Assembly (NCBI GenBank): GCA_030704615.1
Contig: JAKLZA010000276.1
Coordinates: 1 to 9,491, forward strand
Length of the DNA: 9,491 nt
Source of the DNA: Takakia lepidozioides
Taxonomy: Eukaryota; Plantae; Bryophyta
Reading direction: 5' to 3'
The translations under genes were made by a program, and so were the position numbers. Positions 1-7,370 of this stretch are shown here, piece by piece (positions within the stretch are counted from its first letter, which is position 1; every line of letters begins with the position of its first letter). Under the pieces are notes generated by a model that was given only the letters and a program-made list of their open reading frames with translations, searched no databases and had not been told where the DNA came from.

Positions 1-1
1 A

Positions 2-238
2 TAGGACACATTTTGTTAACACTTCCCAATTGCTCCCTGGACTGGTCAGGGGATTGTTGCTGCCATCGACTTTGTCAAAGCTGGGTTGCGCCCCAGAGTC
101 GTTGAAGTTAGGGTGTGGGGAACCAACATACTGCCACGGATGCACTAAGGACGTGGGAGTGCCACCGTGCTGATGAGCATAGACCTGGTTGGGGATGGCA
201 TGCTGCTGCTGGTCCACCAAGTAGAGCTGGTCACGCGC
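2..238 (-). CDS. Probable true C-terminal continuation of the LBD protein in a shifted frame; runs off the window edge
   Basis: Adding 1 nt near 240 gives ...KEELA-(L)-ARDQLYLVDQQQHAIPNQVYAHQHGGTPTSLVHPWQYVGSPHPNFNDSGAQPSF..., open for 79 codons to the window start. This completes the LX6LX3LX6L zipper. Confidence 0.7.
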
Positions 239-561
239 CAGGCCAGCTCTTCCTTGAGCTTGTTCACCTGGTTCTGCAGCATACTGATCACGCCCAGGCA
301 GCCGTTCACTGGATCCTTCTCGCGTGTGTCAGCTTCATACACAATTGACTTGACAGTGTCCTCCCGCTTGCTGGGCTCCACGGCACGCAGGATCCGCAGA
401 AGATTGCTCACACCGAACAGCTTGTGCACATTATGGAAACGCTTAGGCTGATCCGGCGGGAAGTAGGGTGCTAACGGGCAATCGGGCGCACACTTCCGCC
501 GCTGGTACTTGCATGCGGCACAAGCAGGGTTGGATCCCGCTGGCCCTGCCCCTCCTGTCAT
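145..561 (-). CDS. LBD: LOB-domain (LBD/AS2-like) transcription factor, class I, probably LBD22/LBD27-like clade; as assembled it is truncated by a frameshift near 240
   Basis: The translation has the C-block CX2CX6CX3C (CAACKYQRRKCAPDC), LAPYFP, a GAS-type block (FHNVHKLFGVSN...DPVNGC) and the start of the leucine zipper (LQNQVNKLKEEL). The CKYQRR variant resembles the LBD22/LBD27 group (from memory, no search run). Confidence 0.93.
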   Translation of the reverse strand: MTGGAGPAGSNPACAACKYQRRKCAPDCPLAPYFPPDQPKRFHNVHKLFGVSNLLRILRAVEPSKREDTVKSIVYEADTREKDPVNGCLGVISMLQNQVNKLKEELAWRVTSSTWWTSSSMPSPTRSMLISTVALPRP

Positions 562-595
562 GATATTCCTTCCTACATCTTACACCAAGCTTTTA

Positions 596-842
596 CTGCA
601 ACAATCCCGCCTCGCCTCTCTCAAACTCGTGGGTCCCATCTCTCTCGATCCAGCCCCTTCACAGCAAAAACTTCAGGAAAATCTTCACAGTCCTTCTCGA
701 GCGCACAAGTTCCCGAACTCTCCCCTTTCCCTTCCGAGACTTCCTCACGAGACGCAGAGACAAGCCCCAGAATCGCAGCGGGTGGAACCAAAGCCATCCA
801 CGGCGGCCCGCGCCCGCCGAGGCTATCACCAAACCAACTCAC
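596..842 (-). other. Putative 5'-UTR intron of the LBD gene
   Basis: The minus strand has a GTGAGT donor starting at 842 and a TTGTTGCAG acceptor ending at 596, 34 nt upstream of the ATG. Confidence 0.4.
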
Positions 843-922
843 TTTTAGGCTCGGATCACTGCGAAGCGCCACCCGAGGGCGACGGTCCAGTCACAGCGCG
901 GGCAGCAAAGATACCGCGGCTG

Positions 923-928
923 TATTTA
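923..928 (-). promoter_or_regulatory. TATA-like element (TAAATA) possibly serving the LBD gene
   Basis: A short AT-rich box in a GC-rich context, about 80 nt upstream of the putative 5'-UTR intron donor. This is consistent with a first exon of about 50 nt. Confidence 0.3.
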
Positions 929-1439
929 GCGGCACCGTCAGCACTGCCAGTTCCACCAGCGAAGCGGGCGCCCAGCAATCCTGCGAGACCCTCGATCCTT
1001 GTTGCAGCGAGACGCGTGCTCCCAGTCGATCGAGGAAGGGGAGGCAAGTGTGCTAGGCATGGGAGGGAGCAATTCCACATTCTTCGTCAACTTCCTGAAT
1101 TGTCTCGAAAGATATTCTTGAGCTGTTGACTGCACTGAACTTTATGGCCGCTTCAAGGAACTGGGATAGAAACATGCGCACTTTAAGTGGAGTTGCACAG
1201 CGCTTTGGTGTACTGGGATGAGGAGTGTGGACCGCATACCTGGCCGAAGTTAGGGCGGGTGAAAGGTAGATCCACTGCAAGTGTTGCACCAACGCGTGCA
1301 CCCGACCAAAACAGGTAAAGATTGTAGGACACGACGTGTCTCCTTTCCCCGTTCAGACCCCAATTAGCATATATATGGTTGAGAGTGATCAGTTCGATCA
1401 CGTTCCTATGAGATCTACCTGGTCTCTCCTAACTTTCGC

Positions 1440-2360
1440 GTAGGCTTCTCTCCAGAGCTTAATTCTGCTGGACATCCAAGGTGGCAAAGGTAGCGTCTGT
1501 ACAAATAAATGTGACGTGTGTAGGAGTACCGAGTGAAGTTCTGCTTTTCTCCAGTGTCCCTGGTTATACAAGGCAGTATATTTTGTAGACCTGGCAAGGT
1601 TGTGGAGAGTGGAGGAAGGGAGGTGATGAACTGCAAGCCTGGCGACAGTCTGATTCCTGTACTGCGGTAGGTTTAATGTGGACAATGGTTTGCAAATCTT
1701 GAAAGGCAAAATCGGTTTGTTTGTTTGTACAACTTCAAGACTCCAGAGCAACATTCGCGCTTGCAACTAGTTCTCTCATAGTAGCGGTGCAGAGGCTACT
1801 AACCATTTCAAGGGATGGTGGCTTGCTGTGGCTTGTCGATACTAGCATACATGATGGTGTTGTTCTCTCTCAAGGTTCATGGATTAGCACCCAGGTGAGA
1901 GCCAGTCACCAAGTCTATACCGCAATTCTCAGGTTACAGGTCAAGACGAATCTGTGTCGAACGTTGTTTTGTTTGTAGCCAAGTCTATTTTGTCTAAGTT
2001 TGCTTCTCGTTTGCTTCTTTCTCTTCTGGACAGGCTTTTTCTTGTCCCTGTTTTTGTTTTCTTTGGCGTTTGTTTCTGGTTTTCTCTTTTGAAAAACCCT
2101 GTGACCTCTTCTCATCAGTGATCTTGGAGGTCAGTAATCTGGTCTTCTTTTTTGGCTACCAGTAATTATAACTTGTATATGAAGATATCTGGATACTTAT
2201 TTATAAGGATATTCAGTCCTACACTTTCAATGGAGATGGAGATGGAGTTAGTAGACTCGGACTGGATGCAGTTGGTGACGTTGAGGGGCCTAGGTCTTAA
2301 TCAGATGATCTTTAACAGACTCATTGGGTTCTGTCCAGCAGAAAGCTGGTTATGTGCCCC
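1440..2360 (+). pseudogene. Degenerate MDR-superfamily gene remnant, most like trans-2-enoyl-CoA reductase (MECR/ETR1-type)
   Basis: Collinear motif fragments in changing frames: LNSA..IQG|GT (1458-1482), VPGY (1556-1567), GKVVESGGREVMNCKPGDSLIPVL followed by a GTAGGT donor (1593-1672), AYMM...GLAP followed by a GTGAGA donor (1845-1900), RLGLDAVG (2253-2276) and QMIFN..L.GF....WL (2302-2352). The order matches MECR-like reductases. A T-rich intron-like tract spans 1895-2162. Confidence 0.55.
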
Positions 2361-3650
2361 TTGGATCCTTAGGTCTCCGTAATCATAAACTGAAATTAGG
2401 GCTCAACTATACCTCCGGTGAGTCCATACAGAAAGGAGGTAGATTCTGAAAAGGGAGATCACTTTGGGTTGATCACCACAGAAACACAGACGTCATCGAT
2501 GGACGACCCTCTACTGGACCATGGACTCACGCAGAATATAGTGGATATGGTGAATTTGGTGTACACACTTCAAGTTTCCACAGGTCTTGTTCTTTCCATG
2601 AACCCAACGCTACATCATATTAGATCTCTGTGAATTGTGATTTGGTACGGATCTCTCGTCTTCAGTGTGGTATAATCTTGTCCGTCTTTGTCCTCTCATC
2701 TATGAATGCATGTGCTTTACATGGACCTCACCATTAGCGATTGACGGCACGCACTTTGCTGCAACCTTTGGTCACAAGTGGGTTGCATATCTGAATGAGA
2801 TCTGAACGTCCATGTACCATTGTATAAATTATCTGCAGTCAGCGCATACAAGGTGTCCTTCTCCGAATTCCACAAGAGTGGATCGATCCCATGGACGCTG
2901 AGGATCACGGGTGAGTGCATGAGTGCATGCCACGTCTTGTTAGCGAGGAGAAGATTCCATTTACAGGTAAGTTTACCTACATGGAGGTAAGTTCAAAAGT
3001 TTACCTCAGCAGTTGCAGTCAGCAGGGTCTGCCGTCTGCTGTCGTTGTACAAGTTTCGTCGGTAAACTCATGTGGGTTTGGCTGGTTGATTGTGAATGTC
3101 TCTTTAAAACCAATTACCTCATCTGCTACCATGACCGAACAAGTGCTTAGAGAGATGTTGCGAGAGACAAGATGCACGAGGGCTCCATATTACCGTTGCC
3201 GACTGGGTGTGGGTGACACTTCTTGCGTCCTCACATGATAGGAAAGCTCGCACGCCATACAGTGCAGGAGATGACCTTGATTAACTTACCTCGTGAGAAA
3301 TAGAACCGTGGACTGACAGTGCCAGCCACTTCAAAGCGCGTTCAGTTTTCACCCAAAACGCAACACGAGTACTAAAGGCCTCGTCCCACCAGGTATGTGA
3401 CGACACAGAAAGGTTACGAAAATCTAACGTACTGAGGCTTTGATAAAATCAAGATGTCTGAATGTTGGCAGGTAAGACTCGGCCCCAATAGACCATTCAG
3501 CATATCAGAAGCAGTCGGCCTAGCCCTGCATGCACGATAATGAAAACGGAGAACGCACAGAATCAAAGCACCCGTCCGGCATCCTTCAACCTTCATTGGT
3601 CCAGGAACTGCCATCGGCGTTGCAAAGCTGAAGATGGGCTGAATTTCCTG

Positions 3651-3716
3651 GCAGTTATTACTCCTGGTAGTTACTTCAATTGGGGTAGTTATTGCCCTGG
3701 TGGTTATTACTCCTCC
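3651..3716. repeat. Imperfect tandem repeat, 4 units of about 15-18 nt
   Basis: gcagttattactcctg / gtagttacttcaattggg / gtagttattgccctg / gtggttattactcct. Confidence 0.6.
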
Positions 3717-3804
3717 GTACTCCCGCACGTGCACTTAATTCGTAACGGAACAATTTCGAGTGCTGGTCACTTCCTGGAACCATACTATGAATACTATGCT
3801 TCCA

Positions 3805-3828
3805 CATGTGCATGTACATGTTCATGTA
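3805..3828. repeat. Hexamer tandem repeat (CATGTN)x4
   Basis: catgtg catgta catgtt catgta. Confidence 0.8.
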
Positions 3829-5105
3829 TTCGCTAATTGGTGCTAAGATCTCTTGAATGTGGTGAAGTATAACAGTACTTCCGATGAACCGGGACTTTAT
3901 ATACTTGAAGCTGATCTTTCAGAAACAATATCTGGTGGAAAATGGATGGAGTCAACTGATGAACTGAACTTTCGCCGATTTTCAAGGTTGTTTGTCGAAT
4001 TGGAAGGACCGTACCTCGGACCGTAGTTTGGGGAAGATTTTGGTAATCGGATTGAAGAGAAATGTTTACCTAGATAATAATGTATTGAAGCACTTGATTG
4101 CTGCTTGTGTGGCAGGTATACGACGTGTTTATTTGAGCCCAATGTGGTTACGTTCATATTGCAGCTAGGAAGCCAATTGCACTGGTCTACTTCGTAAGAC
4201 TGTTCCTCCGTGTTGAGCAAGACAAAAACGCCGAAGACGTTGAGCAGTCCTCCAGCTGGCCTATGTAAGTGTACTCACGTTGATCTTAAGCTGCATCTAG
4301 AAGAGTTACAATCACTTTTTTCCTACGAGAGCCCAGGGTATCCTTTCCTAATATGTACCTTGTGATGAATCAGAATAGGTGGACATGCAGGCGGAGAGAT
4401 ACGATTGACCATGATGTGAGAGATCTATTCATAGATGATCTATGAGACTATGATATATTCATCTTTTCAAGAGTTTTATTCGATCCAGCACAAGACTAGA
4501 ATCTTTTGGCTAGAAATTTGGAAGTCCTGTGAAATGGATGCAGGGAGCTATTGTGTTTCTGGGCAGAGTTCTGGCTCATAGTAGTAATCACCTTTGCTCA
4601 AGGTAAAATTGCTTCAAGTCTTGTTAATATTTCCACCCCAACTGATTCTTATCTCCTAAATTTATATTCTTTCTAACGGTGCACTTTACTCACTATACTC
4701 ACTATGTTCTTTCTTATATTCGATCGCCCCTCCTGCACTATTCGCTATGACGTTAATAATGTTAATAATGTTCCTAATACACATCGAATAAAGGAGAGTT
4801 GATTCGGACTGCACTTGTCTGGGTGGACTTCACATCAGATCAGTTCTAGAAGGGAAAAAAACTATGTAGAGTGGGCTTGCTGAAAGCTTATGTAAATCAG
4901 AAAAGTGAGATCTAACCATTTACACAACTGTGTACCACGGCATTCTAGAAGAGATTTTAGCTTTAGATGACCGATGACGCTAGTCTGGCCATCAAACTCC
5001 GTCTATTGTGTCACTCTTGACCCTCTTTAGGGATTTGTAACGGTGCATGCGTGCAGTAAATTCCCTAAGTTAGATTTCTGTTCAAATATAGAATGATAAT
5101 GCAGA

Positions 5106-5124
5106 TTTGTTTGTTTGTTTGTTG
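5106..5124. repeat. (TTTG)n microsatellite, equivalent to a (CAAA)n tail on the minus strand
   Basis: tttg tttg tttg tttg ttg. Confidence 0.9.
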
Positions 5125-5886
5125 CTACGAGGGGGGAAATCTAACCCTCTTGTTTTCTGAGCGAGGCATACATGGGAAAGAGCCCAGCCTGAAGGGGGAC
5201 GAAACCACAAGGGATCAATTGACCCCAGACCCATAGGCCAATGCATAAGATCAGCAAAGATTCATGGGCGGAATAAGTGAAGGGGAGCTTAGCATGGAGG
5301 TGAGATTTTTTGAAAGGTGGGTGTATTGTAACTGTATCCAGATTCCTTCACATTTCTTCCACACCAAAGAATAATCAGGTCTTGTTGTTGTGCTTGTCAG
5401 ATCTAGAAGGGTAGTCTCAAGAAGAGATATTGTGTTTGTAACTGGCAAAACACTGTTTCTTACATATTGTTTGGAAACTTTTTGAGGGAGTTCACTTAGG
5501 TCATAGGTTGACCTGTTAGGGCAGAACTTCGTTTTAGGTTTGTCGTCACAAATTATTCCTGCCCATGTCTCTCCAACTCCAATTTTCCAGTTGTAAAAAA
5601 GGTTTTAAATCTGGTTGCTTGACTTGGTACCTACAAGATTCAGGGGTAAGTTTTCCCTAGATGCTAGAGGAAGTGGGAAGAGGAAGGAAAGATGTGATTC
5701 AATTTGCAGAGTGTCTGTACAGTTGGGATGTAATGGGTGTTGTAATGCTCGAAATTTTTTTCACAGTTTCCTCTCCAGTTTGTATGCTATTTCGGTTATG
5801 GGTTGTGTCCGTCGTTGGCGCAAGGGGGCCCAATAAGACGTGGAGATGCTAATTATACCCTGGTGCAGAGGATCAGTGGTCAGATA
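5106..5886 (-). mobile_element. Probable 5'-truncated non-LTR retrotransposon fragment: decayed ORF end, 3' UTR and (CAAA)n tail
   Basis: A single minus-strand frame 5886->5251 of 212 codons has only two internal stops (5761-5763 and 5605-5607). The coding strand is A/C-rich with no obvious introns. It is followed by about 125 nt of UTR, a GAGGG/CCCTC stem-loop (5129-5149) and a CAA(CAAA)4 tail (5106-5124). No RT or EN motif was recognised and no clear TSD was found. Confidence 0.5.
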
Positions 5887-5904
5887 TCATCTCCTTCTAA
5901 AGTG

Positions 5905-5998
5905 ACCAGGGTGACAACGAGAGAGAGCACGCTCGAATGCATGCATGCAAGTGTGCATGGGTGTGATCTTGCGTGCTCTCTCCCGTTGTCGCCTGTGC
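5905..5998 (+). ncRNA. MIR535: MIR535 precursor hairpin
   Basis: The 5' arm 5912-5932, TGACAACGAGAGAGAGCACGC, is the canonical 21-nt miR535. The 3' arm 5971-5991 pairs with it with one A:C mismatch and one U:G pair. The loop region contains a further ATGCATGC/GTGTGCAT stem. Confidence 0.93.
5912..5932 (+). ncRNA. miR535: Mature miR535-5p
   Basis: Identical to the conserved miR535 sequence UGACAACGAGAGAGAGCACGC of the miR156/529/535 superfamily, as recalled. The predicted star with 2-nt 3' overhangs is 5973-5993, GTGCTCTCTCCCGTTGTCGCC. Confidence 0.92.
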
Positions 5999-7170
5999 TC
6001 TTTCCACGTCAATATTATGGAGGCGTCTGCCCTAGGTAAAGAGACAGATCCTCTCCTCCCATCGTTGTTTGCTATTGTTTGAGTCTTTCTATGCAGCTTA
6101 ATGGTCGCACAGAAGAAGTGCACATTTGTGACCGGGTGTAGCGGCGGCTATTTAATGTCAATTAGCATTAGTGTATGTGATGAGCCGGCATATGGAGTGC
6201 GAGTATGAGTGGTTTTAAGAAGAGAAACGAGGTAGGGTGTTAGCAGCCAAGTAAGCAGGCCTTAGGGCACTAAGCTTAGGCTTAAATAGTCGAAGACTGG
6301 CTGCAAGTCACAGATTGATCGGTAAATGAATCCATCGATTCATCTATCAGCTTCAGATGGACCTGCAGATGAGCGGAAAGGCCTGCATCCAGAGCTCCCG
6401 GGAGAATATCATCGTCCATACATACTGTAGGTTTTGCAATTATGCATGATAAGTCTATGAGCAAGTAGGCCTAATATTGGTGCATGCAGTGAACCCATTT
6501 ATTGCTCCTCCAGAAGCCAGCAGAGTGGGAGGGAGCAGAAAGAAGAAGTCTAAAAAGAAGCTGCTTGCAAGACAGATGTTGCTGGTACAATTGCAGACCT
6601 GTATGTACAATGCTTACAAAGCTCGGACAGTGGATCAAAAGCTAGAGGATGTGAAAAGAGCTGAGCTTCCTGGTTTTGAGCCTTCAGGTGATATAAAGAA
6701 GGACTCTTGGACAGCCTTGGAGAAGGTCCTGCCCAAGGAACTGGACGACTGGGAAGATGCTGCAGAGTTTCCCAATGCCTACACATGCTACTGGTGGGGC
6801 TTCTGGCAGCTCTCACCCTTTGCATTGGGTATATCACAATCCAGATAAAGAGGATGTGGCTCATGCTTTGTTCAAATTGATGAGCACCATTGGCCGTATA
6901 ATTGATCATCCAGGGAAGAGGAGCATATTGATGCGTATTTCAAAAGAGTGGAAATTCTGTCCAACAATCTGAAGCTATCATCCAGGCTCAGAATTATGTT
7001 AAAGGATGTGATCGACTTTCAAAGGAATGGATGGCAAGAAAGGAGGGTAAAGAAAATTGACTAAGTTCACAGGGATGCAGTGCAAGCTCGAGGGAGGATG
7101 GACCTGATTTTCCGATGCGAGGACCTCCCTCTATCACCAATATTCTCTCCAAGCCAGCACTCATGAATTG

Positions 7171-7370
7171 GTAGGTTTCTTGGTATGAGTTCGAGTTCTT
7201 TGTGAAACGACTGTACGAAAGATTTGTCAAGTTGCAAGGATCTGTGCAGGCATTCAAACCTGGGCATTATTACTAACACATGAGTGCAGCTAGCGTGGAA
7301 TCGTTTAAGTGAAATTTGTGCTGAGTTATTCCTTGAAAGTGCTCAAATTTGCTGCAAATGGTTGAAACAG
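7171..7370 (+). other. Retained intron within the eIF4G pseudogene
   Basis: GTAGGT donor at 7171 and AAACAG acceptor ending at 7370, lying between eIF4G-like coding blocks. Confidence 0.65.

Noticed and set aside
115-451. Plus-strand ORFs 115-348 and 167-451
   Set aside because: These are shadow frames antisense to the LBD coding sequence.
509-1129. 206-aa plus-strand ORF, the longest in the track
   Set aside because: It is antisense to the LBD start, 5' leader and promoter. It is P/A/R/S-rich with no recognisable motif, as expected from GC-rich sequence.
1715-1728. Second (TTTG)n tract as another retroelement tail
   Set aside because: It has only about 3 units, lies in intron-like sequence, and shares no adjacent sequence with the 5106 tract.
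1915-2115. Lys/Arg-rich 66-aa minus-strand ORF
   Set aside because: It is the reverse complement of a T-rich intron-like tract and so a compositional artefact.
3651-3716. Repeat units as a CRISPR-like array
   Set aside because: The units are short, adjacent and degenerate with no unique spacers, and the context is eukaryotic.
5189-5216. Hammerhead-ribozyme-like words CTGAAG...GACGAAAC near the retroelement 3' UTR
   Set aside because: The core is CTGAAGG rather than CTGANGA, no proper stem II or stem III with an NUH cleavage site can be drawn, and it is antisense to the element ORF. An Infernal search could revisit it.
5865-5870. TGCAGA as a target-site duplication matching 5100-5105
   Set aside because: It is only 6 nt, a common word, and lies inside the still-open frame.
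6477-6972. ORFs 6477-6848 and 6757-6972 as functional small proteins
   Set aside because: They are mosaics of in-frame and out-of-frame pieces of the eIF4G pseudogene.
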